Assembly (NCBI GenBank): GCA_045649455.1
Contig: JAZRPV010000058.1
Span: forward strand, 66,552-130,551
Source of the DNA: Bacilli bacterium
GTDB lineage: Bacteria > Bacillota_I > Bacilli_A > RF39 > UBA660
Direction: 5' to 3'
DNA: 64,000 nucleotides
Below the pieces are notes generated by a model. That model saw nothing but the letters and a program-made list of their open reading frames with translations. It searched no databases and was not told where the DNA came from. Each line of letters begins with the position of its first letter. Position 1 is the first letter of the stretch. The position numbers and the translations under genes were made by a program. Shown one piece after another: positions 44,055-53,559 of the stretch.

Positions 44055-47000
44055 GTCACTTTCATTTCTATTCTATTTCCTTTTGATAAGTTAATAGAGA
44101 ATGAATAGTTTTTACCATTAATTGTTTTCTTAACACTATCTAGACTTCTTCCAAGTTTTTCAGTAAATTCAGAATAATCTGTAATGTTAGAGCTTGTTGT
44201 AATATAAATAACATACTCTCCTACTGGAATGTCTGAAATATCTATTTTCTTATCAAACCAAGCTTTTGTTTTATCTAATTTATCATCTACTGGTAAGAAT
44301 ACTTGATAATTTCCATTAGTAATACTATCTAATGCTTTAGTATATTTCTTATATGTTGTTTTTTCTTCAAACACAATATTTCTTGTTACTTTAGTATCTT
44401 TTGATAAGTTCATTCCATATGAATAACTGTTACCTCTTAGATATAAGTAATTATCCTTAAATTCAAAGTTTGTATATTTTGTATATTGATTATAAATATA
44501 AGAACTGTTTTTGTCAGCAATCGCTTCATCTCTTACTTTTAATTCTACATATGAAGTTGCAGTATCATAATTATTACTGATTGTTGCTTCATTTGTTTTA
44601 CTTGCTACTTTTGTTGCTTGTTGTTTATAAGCATTGTTATTTACTAATTCTTTTACATAGTATTTATCTGTTTCAGCATAAGCATAGAATTGATAATTAC
44701 CTACTGGTAAGTTATCTACATCTACTTCTGCATTAAACCATGAGTATGTATAATCTTTTCCATCCGGACTATAAACAGCTTTAGGAATATCTGCTTTATT
44801 AGTTATTCTTGTTCCTGTTACTTTTACTTCTTCTTTTGTATCAATATTTACAAAAATTAAAGTGTATTTAATATCTACATTTAAATTATTATCTATTCCA
44901 TAGATTGCTTCATATCCTTGAATTAGAAGTTTATTATTTTGTGTCTTAATATAATTTAAATTGAATAGTCCATTTGCTTCTACTTTTTGTTGTTCTTTAA
45001 CTGTAATTTTTACTGTCTTTGTTACTGTTTGATTGAAACTATCAGTTACTTGATATGTTACTGAATATGTTCCAACTACTTTAGTATTAACATTATTACT
45101 TGTTACTTTAATATTAGTTATTTTTCCATCTTCTGGATCTGTTGCAGTTACTCCATCTAATGCATTAAATGTTGAATTTAAATTAATTGTTTTATCTTTT
45201 GCATTAATTGATGGTTTTTGATTTTGTGTAACTGTTACAGTTATTTCTTTTATTGTTGTTTCTTTACTTGAATCTGTTACTTGATATTTTACTTTGTATG
45301 TTCCAACAACTTTATTATTTACATTAGTTTCTACTACTTGAATACTCGATGTTAAATTACCATCTTCTTCGTCAGTTGCAGTTACATCTTTTTTAGCATC
45401 AAATGTTTGTCCTTGAACGATTGTTTTGTTTGAGGCATTAATTACCGGTGCTTTATTGGCAACTGTTGTTGTATGAACTTCATGCGTTACATATTGGGCA
45501 GCTGCTAAAGTCCATCCAAATTCATTTGATGTTCCACTTAAATTATATGGAATCTTATACCATGAGTATCCATCTACTTGTTTTGTTTCAAGAATTGGTA
45601 CAATTGCATATTTATATAATCCACCTATTTTTGTAGATGCTGAATCAACTGTGTTGTAGTTTACCCATGTATAAGCATTTTGATTTGGAACATCAACTGA
45701 TACTTTAGAATATTTACCGGCTACTTCTTTTATTGTATCTGCTGGTACCCAATGTTCATCATTATTCATATAATCTGATGTTACTAAATATGATACTGCT
45801 TTTTTAGTTTCATCATATGCAATGGCATGAATAATTACATATCTATTATTTAATAACTTTTGATTTTTTACTTGTGTTAAAGTTGAATCATAATAATATG
45901 ATGTTTCTTTTACTGATAATCCTATTTTTGGAGATAGAACTGTATCTTTAATCATTAAATCGTATGTATAGCTTTTATCTTGATATTCAAATACATCATT
46001 AGGAGATTTATATCCATCTTTTGCTGTATTTATTTTCTTTACATATGCTGCTGGTACGTAGGCATATGAATTCCAGTTATAGTTTGAACCTGCTGGTAAT
46101 TCATTAAAGTTGGCATCTAAATTTATATCACTAACTATTTTATACCAAGTAGCATCACCATTTACTGTATGTCCTTCTTTTTCTCCGATGATAACAACTG
46201 CATCATCTTTTTCCGGATATGTATATAAGAATTTTGATGATGGTGTAGCGTCTGCTCTAGCATCAACAGGAGCAACTACAACACCTAATTGATAATAGTC
46301 ATAGTCTTGTAAACCTAATGCTGCATCCATTGCATAATAGTTAGCAGCCATCTTTTCACTCCAATAAGTATCAGATGCATATTTAACATTCATACCTATT
46401 CCTTTGTCACCAAATTGTGGTCCAAAGTAACGCCAATCTCTAGCATGTGCATATCCATAAGTTATCCATTTACTTGCATAACCTAAAATACTGCTTGAGA
46501 ATGTTGCATACCATTTTGCAGATTCTCCTGGTGAGGAATCAACTGCATCTAATCCAAATCCATTATTTTTATTTATACTGATTGGACTTTTTCCATTACC
46601 TGTTTCATTTCTACTTAAACTTAGTGATAATAAAGCATTTGCTCCTCCCGCTTCTTGAGCGTGATAGAAGTATGTTCCCATTCCATATAGTTTTGATCTT
46701 CCGCCACCGGCTGCTGAACCATACACATCTCCTGTATATCCTAAGTTCTCCCTAATATATTTATCAATATTAATACTAGAATAGTTTGTTTTAGTATGAT
46801 TTGATAAATACATATAATAGTTAAAATATTCTTTATCTTTATTTACTGCATTATTAAAGTTACCTGCTTTGTAATCTTTAATCATTGTTTTTATATCTTT
46901 ATAAAAGTAATGTCCATCATAACTATAATAAGTTCCTGCTTCTAACATACTTGGTTTAGGACCAATTACACTTCCTCTTGTACCAGTGTATGTTTCTTGA

Positions 47001-47572
47001 ATTTTATCAACATAATTATGTTTTATGCTACTACTTGTTACTGTATAACTACTTGATGATTTTACCCAAGTAATTGGAACAATTTCATATGTTGATTGTC
47101 TTATCCATCCTGTAAAGTTTCCAATTTTTACTTTTACATTCCATCCATAATTATTATAAACTGTTTCAATATGTGCACCATCTACTCCACCATATAAGGA
47201 ACCTGTATCCATATAAGTGTAAGTTCTATTGTTGTCTCCAGCATTTTCATAAAAATATGTTAACGTTTCCGGATTAACAGTTAAATCTAGTAATGCAACA
47301 TTAGCATCAATGATTTTTACTTTGCCATTAACCATAGTCATGATTGCTAAATCATCTGCTCCATTTTCTTTCATGACTTTTTTAGCTTCATCATAACTGG
47401 CATAACATCCTACTTGAGCAATTACACCATCACTATGAAAACCTGCTAGTTCATAAGCAGCACATAGATTTCTGTTACTATAATTATTTGCTGAGTAGGC
47501 ATCTACTTCTTTTATATTAAAACAGAATATCGTTAGAATAAAAGTTGTCATTAATAATAATCTTTTGTTCAT
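44048..47572 (-). CDS. Secreted multidomain cell-wall hydrolase with N-acetylglucosaminidase (GH73-like) domain, two Ig-like modules and duplicated C-terminal modules
   Basis: 1174 aa with a signal peptide. ALLSLSLSRNETGNGKSPISINKNNGFGLDA...KWITYGY fits the glucosaminidase pattern. Tandem TATDxEDG...VVGTY.V.YQVTDS units are present. Confidence 0.7.
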   Translation of the reverse strand: MNKRLLLMTTFILTIFCFNIKEVDAYSANNYSNRNLCAAYELAGFHSDGVIAQVGCYASYDEAKKVMKENGADDLAIMTMVNGKVKIIDANVALLDLTVNPETLTYFYENAGDNNRTYTYMDTGSLYGGVDGAHIETVYNNYGWNVKVKIGNFTGWIRQSTYEIVPITWVKSSSSYTVTSSSIKHNYVDKIQETYTGTRGSVIGPKPSMLEAGTYYSYDGHYFYKDIKTMIKDYKAGNFNNAVNKDKEYFNYYMYLSNHTKTNYSSINIDKYIRENLGYTGDVYGSAAGGGRSKLYGMGTYFYHAQEAGGANALLSLSLSRNETGNGKSPISINKNNGFGLDAVDSSPGESAKWYATFSSSILGYASKWITYGYAHARDWRYFGPQFGDKGIGMNVKYASDTYWSEKMAANYYAMDAALGLQDYDYYQLGVVVAPVDARADATPSSKFLYTYPEKDDAVVIIGEKEGHTVNGDATWYKIVSDINLDANFNELPAGSNYNWNSYAYVPAAYVKKINTAKDGYKSPNDVFEYQDKSYTYDLMIKDTVLSPKIGLSVKETSYYYDSTLTQVKNQKLLNNRYVIIHAIAYDETKKAVSYLVTSDYMNNDEHWVPADTIKEVAGKYSKVSVDVPNQNAYTWVNYNTVDSASTKIGGLYKYAIVPILETKQVDGYSWYKIPYNLSGTSNEFGWTLAAAQYVTHEVHTTTVANKAPVINASNKTIVQGQTFDAKKDVTATDEEDGNLTSSIQVVETNVNNKVVGTYKVKYQVTDSSKETTIKEITVTVTQNQKPSINAKDKTINLNSTFNALDGVTATDPEDGKITNIKVTSNNVNTKVVGTYSVTYQVTDSFNQTVTKTVKITVKEQQKVEANGLFNLNYIKTQNNKLLIQGYEAIYGIDNNLNVDIKYTLIFVNIDTKEEVKVTGTRITNKADIPKAVYSPDGKDYTYSWFNAEVDVDNLPVGNYQFYAYAETDKYYVKELVNNNAYKQQATKVASKTNEATISNNYDTATSYVELKVRDEAIADKNSSYIYNQYTKYTNFEFKDNYLYLRGNSYSYGMNLSKDTKVTRNIVFEEKTTYKKYTKALDSITNGNYQVFLPVDDKLDKTKAWFDKKIDISDIPVGEYVIYITTSSNITDYSEFTEKLGRSLDSVKKTINGKNYSFSINLSKGNRIEMKVTK
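44991..45451 (-). repeat. Two tandem ~77-aa Ig-like (DUF5011-type) coding repeats inside the autolysin
   Basis: APVINASNKTIVQGQTFDAKKDVTATDEEDGNLTS...VVGTYKVKYQVTDSS... is followed by KPSINAKDKTINLNSTFNALDGVTATDPEDGKITN...VVGTYSVTYQVTDSF... Confidence 0.65.
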
Positions 47573-47608
47573 TAACCAATATCCTCCATCATATTTTATC
47601 TCAATTAT

Positions 47609-47617
47609 ATTATAACA
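47609..47617 (-). promoter_or_regulatory. Extended -10 element (TGTTATAAT) upstream of the autolysin gene
   Basis: Minus strand reads TGtTATAAT about 35 nt before the start codon. The -35 is poor. Confidence 0.35.
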
Positions 47618-47704
47618 TTTTTGTCTATATAATTATTTTCTTTTCTTTATTTATAAAGAAATTTTACATATTTTTACATGATGGTAATTTATATTTTAAC
47701 AACC

Positions 47705-47733
47705 TTGATAAATTGTGTTAAATTAGATATAAT
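47705..47733 (+). promoter_or_regulatory. Sigma-A type promoter of the LCP gene
   Basis: TTGATA-17 nt-TATAAT, 22 nt upstream of the AAGGAGG SD. Confidence 0.6.
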
Positions 47734-47767
47734 TTAAAGTAAGAGTATAGGCTTAAGGAGGATGATT

Positions 47768-49855
47768 ATGGCTAAGACAAAAGAAGAAAAACTTCAAGCT
47801 AAAGAAGAAAAGAAAAAAGTAAAAGCAGCTAAAAAAGAAGAAAAAAAATCAAAGAAGAATAAAACTGCTAAGACAGATACTAAAGAGATTAAAACACTAA
47901 CTGAAGTAAAAGATAATTCTACTGAAGAGGTACTTGAAAAGGTTAAAGAGAAGAAATCTATATTTAATTTCTTTTTAAAATTAATATTATTTATTACTAT
48001 TATTTCTAGTGTTTATACTATTTATAGTTTAACTTTATTAGATACTATTGAAAATACTCTTCGTTATATTGTAATGGGAATTATTGCTTTTATAGATTTA
48101 ATATTAGTACTTAGAGTATTCCTTAAGAGTAAGAAAAAGAAAAAACGTAAGAAAAAAATTGGTACATTGATATTTATGATTTTCTATACAATTATTTGTA
48201 TTGCTGTTGGTATACTAATTAACTTTATATATAATGAGATATCTAAAATTAATAAGGATGTTGTAACTTACTCTTCTAGTTTAGTTACTATGGCTACTAA
48301 TAGTGCTCATAAGATTGAAGATATTAAAAATTATAAGATTGCAATATTAGATGATGAAAAATCTCCTGAAGGATATATTATTCCACAAGAGATTGTTAGT
48401 GAATATAATTTAAATGATGAAAATCAACTAGTTAAGTATTCTGACTACTCTACTATGGTTGTAGATTTATATGCTGATGAAATTGATGCAATGCTTATTT
48501 CTAGTGGTTATGTTGAGATGTTTGAAGTAATTACTGGTTATGAAAATATCGCTACTGATACTAAAGTAATTGTACATAAAGAAAAAGATATGAAGAAAAC
48601 TGAAACTTCAGAAAAAGAAATTGCTTCTGCTAATAAATCAGTTACTGAACCATTTACTATATTATTAATGGGAATTGATTCTACTGCTGAAGTATTAACA
48701 AAAAATGCAGTAGCTTGTGGAGACACTTTAATTCTTATTACATTTAATCCTAAGACATTAAATGCAACAATGGTATCTATTCCAAGAGATAGTTACTTAC
48801 CTATTGCATGTTGGCCTGGCAAAGATGAAAATAAAATTACTCATGCTGCAGCATATGGAAATGATTGTATGATGAATACAATCCAAGATTTCTTTGGAAT
48901 AAACATTGATTATTATGCAAAAATCAATTTCAAAGGATTAGTTAAATTAGTTGATGCTGTTGGTGGAGTTGAAGTAGATGTCCCTCACACTTTGTGTACA
49001 GACAACTCTAATCGTGAAGATACTGTTTGTATTCAAGCTGGTAGACAAACACTTAATGGTGAACAAGCATTAACATTTGCAAGAAACAGAAAACAACTTT
49101 CTAATGGTGATTTTGGTAGAGCTGAACATCAACAAGAAATTATTATGGCTTTAATTAATAAGATGAGAACAATTACTGAAGTGTCTAAATTTAGAACAAT
49201 TTTAGATACTGTTTCAAATAGTTTAGATACTAACCTAACTACTAAACAAATATTAGAATTCTATAATGTTGGAAAAGATATTATTAAACGTAGTAGTGAG
49301 CAATCAGATCTAATTAATATTCAACAAATGTTCTTAAGTGGTGCAGATCAAATGATTTATGATGAACGTATGAGAATGGTTCTTTATAACTATGTACCTA
49401 ATACTAGAAGTAGAGATGCAATTGTACAAGCTATGAAAGAAAACCTTGAATTAGTTCCTCATAAAAATATTACTGAATTTAATTTTTCAATTAACAGAAC
49501 ATATGAAAAAACAATTGTTGGTAAAGGATATGCAACTGCAGGTACTTATAGTTTACTTCCTAGATTTATAGGAATGTCTAAGGCTCAAGCGGCTGCAAGA
49601 GCTGAATCACTTGGATTAAATTATGAATTTGTTGGTAATGGTGAAACTGTTATTGATCAAAGTTATCCTGAAAGAAAAAGAATTGATAAGATTGGTAAAA
49701 ACAAATTAGTATTAACATTAAATACTAAAGTTGTTATTGAAGAAGATGAAGAAGACGAAGAAGTTGAAGAAGAAAATACTTCACCTGAAGATAATACTTC
49801 TAGTGATACTCCTTCTAGTGAATCTACTCCATCTGATACACCTGAAACAGAATAA
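47768..49855 (+). CDS. LytR-CpsA-Psr (LCP) family glycopolymer phosphotransferase with Lys-rich N-tail, C-terminal PASTA-like domain and acidic/Ser-Thr-Pro tail
   Basis: ILLMGIDS...DTLILITFNP...SIPRDSY...R.R...GDFGR LCP core. The C-terminal LPRFIGMSKAQAAARAESLGLNYEFVG...VIDQSYP fits PASTA. ATG at 47768 has correct SD spacing; 47762 abuts the SD. Confidence 0.8.
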   Translation: MAKTKEEKLQAKEEKKKVKAAKKEEKKSKKNKTAKTDTKEIKTLTEVKDNSTEEVLEKVKEKKSIFNFFLKLILFITIISSVYTIYSLTLLDTIENTLRYIVMGIIAFIDLILVLRVFLKSKKKKKRKKKIGTLIFMIFYTIICIAVGILINFIYNEISKINKDVVTYSSSLVTMATNSAHKIEDIKNYKIAILDDEKSPEGYIIPQEIVSEYNLNDENQLVKYSDYSTMVVDLYADEIDAMLISSGYVEMFEVITGYENIATDTKVIVHKEKDMKKTETSEKEIASANKSVTEPFTILLMGIDSTAEVLTKNAVACGDTLILITFNPKTLNATMVSIPRDSYLPIACWPGKDENKITHAAAYGNDCMMNTIQDFFGINIDYYAKINFKGLVKLVDAVGGVEVDVPHTLCTDNSNREDTVCIQAGRQTLNGEQALTFARNRKQLSNGDFGRAEHQQEIIMALINKMRTITEVSKFRTILDTVSNSLDTNLTTKQILEFYNVGKDIIKRSSEQSDLINIQQMFLSGADQMIYDERMRMVLYNYVPNTRSRDAIVQAMKENLELVPHKNITEFNFSINRTYEKTIVGKGYATAGTYSLLPRFIGMSKAQAAARAESLGLNYEFVGNGETVIDQSYPERKRIDKIGKNKLVLTLNTKVVIEEDEEDEEVEEENTSPEDNTSSDTPSSESTPSDTPETE

Positions 49856-49856
49856 T

Positions 49857-49883
49857 AAAAAGATGACTAAGTCATCTTTTTTT
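49857..49883 (+). terminator. Rho-independent terminator of the LCP gene
   Basis: Stem AGATGAC/GTCATCT with flanking A:T pairs, then T7. Confidence 0.65.
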
Positions 49884-49898
49884 ATGTCTTTTAATACA

Positions 49899-49926
49899 TA
49901 AAAAAATAGGCCTTGTAGCCTATTTT
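49899..49926 (-). terminator. Rho-independent terminator of the ltaS operon
   Basis: Stem AATAGGC/GCCTATT with a 6-nt loop, overlapping the stop. U-run on minus. Confidence 0.65.
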
Positions 49927-50543
49927 AATTCTACTAGATATAATTTAATATCATCTTTAATAAAGATTAATGCTGCGTTCTTTTGATATGATGAGAACTC
50001 TTCTGATGTATAAGTCCATCCTGCATTTATCTTATAAGCTTCATATTCAGTATTATTATAAATATATGTAGTTTTTGTAGTGGCATTTATTAATACTTCA
50101 TCTACTTCTGGTAATTTTTGTGTTCTATCACCATAGATATTATTTTCTACATATTTATAATAAGTATCTTCAGCATTTACTAAGAAATTTTGAACAGCAT
50201 TTGGATGCACGAAGTCTAATCCTCCAACATCTGTTTTTGTACTTTTATCTGCTAGAGAATAGAAATCATAAATAAACATTTCTGTTATTTTTTGGACATA
50301 TAATTCTTCATCTACTTCTTTAGCAGTTAAAATATCTTCTAATTCTCTAAACATCTTTTTATATTTTTTTGATTTAGTATCTTTTAGATGATAATCATAT
50401 TTTTCAATTGAATTTAATATTTTTACTTCTTGTACTTTTGAAGTTTTAGGTTTTAACATTATAAATAATGCTATACCTGCAGCGATTATTAATAATAATG
50501 TAATTATAATTAATGCAATCTTTGGTCCTTTTTTTAATTTCAT
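49920..50543 (-). CDS. Single-pass membrane protein with extracytoplasmic domain, co-transcribed with ltaS; unknown function
   Basis: 207 aa. N-terminal TM helix IALIIITLLLIIAAGIALFIM. Only 13 nt downstream of ltaS. Confidence 0.55.
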   Translation of the reverse strand: MKLKKGPKIALIIITLLLIIAAGIALFIMLKPKTSKVQEVKILNSIEKYDYHLKDTKSKKYKKMFRELEDILTAKEVDEELYVQKITEMFIYDFYSLADKSTKTDVGGLDFVHPNAVQNFLVNAEDTYYKYVENNIYGDRTQKLPEVDEVLINATTKTTYIYNNTEYEAYKINAGWTYTSEEFSSYQKNAALIFIKDDIKLYLVELK

Positions 50544-50556
50544 AAAGTTCTCCTTT

Positions 50557-52632
50557 CTATTCTTGGATATTTTTCATTTGACTTTCTTCTTTAGGATTTA
50601 ATAAGTCAAATACTATTATGTCATTGGATACATCTAATAATTCAGTTGTATAAGCGTTGTTGTTTTTAATTTCTTCTTCACTTATAGCTTCACCTGTTAG
50701 AGATAGATACTCTCCTTTTTGACTATTATAATACACTTTATTTGTTACCCAGTTTCCGTTAGGGAAAACTACTATGTTATTTTCTTTTATATTGAAAATA
50801 TCATGACCTAGTTGATATTTGTTATAGAATCCTAACATATTACCAAGTGTTGGCATTACGTCATACATTCCCATAACATTTGTTACTTCTTTATTCATTT
50901 CAGTTCCGTCCATATCTTTTGTCCAGATAATGAATGGTACTTTTCTACCTAATTCATATTGATATGAATCATATTCTTTATAATTTGGATCATCTTCATC
51001 TAAGATTTCATCTTTTTCTTTATCATAGTTATAAAGTAAATTATAATCTTTCTTTGATAAACGTGCATCATGGTCTCCATAAATTACAAGTACTGTATTT
51101 TCTAATAGACCTTCAGCATCTAATTTTTGAATGAATTCACCTAGAGCTTCATCAGCATAGTGATATGACTTAAAGTAATTTCCTAGTTTAGTTCCTTCCA
51201 TGTATGGATAAGTTACTTCTACTGGTATTCCATTTTGGTCTGGAACTGTTTCTTTTATATCCACAGGGAATTCTCCATATTTATCTGTATCTGAGAATGG
51301 TGTATGGTTTGTTAACATGATTAATAATCCATACCATGATTCATGTTTCTTAGCGACTTTTTTGATTTTTGTAATTGATTGATCGAAGAATGATTTATCG
51401 TTTAAACCTAATCCAATTACATCTTCTTCTGTAACTTTGTAATCTGATTTACTATAGAATCTATCATATCCTAAACTTTGATGCATTGTTCTTCTATTCC
51501 AGAAGTCTCCGTTGTTGGCATGCATACTAAATGTATAATATCCTTTTTCTTTTAAAAGACTTGGTATTGATACATATTTTCTATTTGAATATGAAACGAA
51601 TGCTGTTCCACTCTTTGTAGGCATTAATGATGTATTATAAGTTAATTCTGCATCACTACTTGTACCTACACTTACTTGTGAATAGAAGTTTGAAAAATAC
51701 ATTCCTTCACTTACTAATTTATTTAAAGTTGGTGTTACTTCTTGACCATTAAATGTCATACCGATAGCATTTGTTTGCATACTTTCTGCATGGATTGCAA
51801 TAACATTTTTACCTTCAAATATATTTGTATATTTATTTGTTTGTACTTCATCTTTTCCTTCAAAGTATTGTTCAAATTTGGTTTTAGCTTTATCGTATCC
51901 AAACATTGAATTTATCTTTGGTTGAATTGATACAATTAAGTCATTTCCTTGATATACGTAGATACCAAAACGCATTACTATATATTCTTTGTTCCATTGT
52001 TTTGCAAATCTTGATACATCTAGAGGTGTCATTGTTACTAAGAAAAGAATAACAAATGCTAACCCTACTGTTGCTGTCTTTAGAGTACGTTTTTTTCTTT
52101 CTGATCTTACTTCTACTCTTTTATAATAATTTGTTTTCTTTAATTTTAAATGTACATAATACATTACTATTGGTGAAAGAATATAAATTAAATCCTTTAA
52201 TTGTAAAACATTTTCTACTACAGCATCTCCTACCGCTCCTACATATTGTGTTAATGATAACATAGAAATTGATGCAAATGATGTATAGAATGTATAATAA
52301 ACAGAATTTATCATACATATTGCTGTTAAGAAAATATTCATTCCCATATAATATGAAAAACGATGTTTTGGTTTAAATAAATATCCTAATGCTCCTAATA
52401 TAATTACAACTGCTAAATCTGCTATTATTGGTTTTATTGATAAGTAATTTTCTAAGGTGTTCATGCAGAAGAATCTTAATAAAGTTGAAGATAAAACAGT
52501 TGTTAAAACAAAAGTTATAAATAAGATATTATTTTTAAAATATTCTTTATGTAAGTTTTCAGTTTTTACTCTTTTTATATATTTTTTTATCTTATCTTTT
52601 GTTTTCTTTAAGCTAATTTTTAATCTCTTCAT
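50557..52632 (-). CDS. ltaS: Lipoteichoic acid synthase family protein (5 TM + sulfatase-like domain)
   Basis: 691 aa. N-terminal polytopic region, then VIAIHAESMQ and VGTSSDAELTYNTSLMP (catalytic Thr region), and GDHD near the C-terminus. Confidence 0.85.
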   Translation of the reverse strand: MKRLKISLKKTKDKIKKYIKRVKTENLHKEYFKNNILFITFVLTTVLSSTLLRFFCMNTLENYLSIKPIIADLAVVIILGALGYLFKPKHRFSYYMGMNIFLTAICMINSVYYTFYTSFASISMLSLTQYVGAVGDAVVENVLQLKDLIYILSPIVMYYVHLKLKKTNYYKRVEVRSERKKRTLKTATVGLAFVILFLVTMTPLDVSRFAKQWNKEYIVMRFGIYVYQGNDLIVSIQPKINSMFGYDKAKTKFEQYFEGKDEVQTNKYTNIFEGKNVIAIHAESMQTNAIGMTFNGQEVTPTLNKLVSEGMYFSNFYSQVSVGTSSDAELTYNTSLMPTKSGTAFVSYSNRKYVSIPSLLKEKGYYTFSMHANNGDFWNRRTMHQSLGYDRFYSKSDYKVTEEDVIGLGLNDKSFFDQSITKIKKVAKKHESWYGLLIMLTNHTPFSDTDKYGEFPVDIKETVPDQNGIPVEVTYPYMEGTKLGNYFKSYHYADEALGEFIQKLDAEGLLENTVLVIYGDHDARLSKKDYNLLYNYDKEKDEILDEDDPNYKEYDSYQYELGRKVPFIIWTKDMDGTEMNKEVTNVMGMYDVMPTLGNMLGFYNKYQLGHDIFNIKENNIVVFPNGNWVTNKVYYNSQKGEYLSLTGEAISEEEIKNNNAYTTELLDVSNDIIVFDLLNPKEESQMKNIQE

Positions 52633-52693
52633 TATCTTATACCTCGCTTATTTTATTATATCACTAGGCATGTCTTTTTTCAATTATTTATAT

Positions 52694-52722
52694 AAAAAGA
52701 AAAAGAATCAAAAGATTCTTTT
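52694..52722 (-). terminator. Rho-independent terminator after yihY
   Basis: 8-bp stem AAAGAATC/GATTCTTT with a 4-nt loop. U-rich run on minus. Confidence 0.6.
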
Positions 52723-53548
52723 ATTCAATATTTTCTTGTTGTTTTAAGTTATATTCTCCGGCATTTAAACCCATACCTAAAACAAAGATATATGATAAGA
52801 TATAAACCCATAATAGCAATACTATGATATTAGAAATACTTCCATAGAATAATGAATAACTTGCAAAAGTTCCAATATAGAACGAATATATTTCTGTTGC
52901 TAAAACCCACCCTATCGTAGTAAATATTGCTCCTTTTCTAGTTGTTATACTTTCAATTTTTTCATCTGGGGCAATTATATATAATAAGCGTATATTTCCA
53001 TATAATATAAATATAATAATTGGGTATTTTAGCAATTGATATATTTGATAAATTATTTCTATTGGTTTAAAGTCTTCTAAATAGTATCTTAATAATGCAA
53101 AGATTGTATCTCCACATACAGGGACTATAAATAAGAATAAGAATAATCCAAGCATAATAAATGACATCATTATAGCTTTTAATCTTCTTTTTAATATACT
53201 ATCTGGATCTAATTTATATATTTCATTTGATGTTATAATCATCGAGTGTGTTCCGTTGGATGCTAAGATAAATGCTGATATAAAGAAGACAGCAATGTTG
53301 AAATTGAATCCTTGTCCACTTAATAAATCTGTTAACATTTTAGCAATATCTTTTGGAATTGATGAAGATATTGTTAGTTTCACTGCATCCATTGGAATAT
53401 TCAAACTATTTGTAATTACTCCAACTAAGGCTATTGTTGGAATTATTGACATAACAAGAAAAAAAGCAAGCTGACCAGGTAAAATCCTCATCTCCGGCTT
53501 TCTTATTATCTTGATAAGTTCTTTTAAAAAGCCTCTTGCTTGCTCCAT
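52721..53548 (-). CDS. YihY/BrkB-family membrane protein
   Basis: 275 aa. The LPGQLAFFLVMSIIPTIAL signature and about 6 TM helices. Confidence 0.8.
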   Translation of the reverse strand: MEQARGFLKELIKIIRKPEMRILPGQLAFFLVMSIIPTIALVGVITNSLNIPMDAVKLTISSSIPKDIAKMLTDLLSGQGFNFNIAVFFISAFILASNGTHSMIITSNEIYKLDPDSILKRRLKAIMMSFIMLGLFLFLFIVPVCGDTIFALLRYYLEDFKPIEIIYQIYQLLKYPIIIFILYGNIRLLYIIAPDEKIESITTRKGAIFTTIGWVLATEIYSFYIGTFASYSLFYGSISNIIVLLLWVYILSYIFVLGMGLNAGEYNLKQQENIE

Positions 53549-53559
53549 AATACTTTTTC

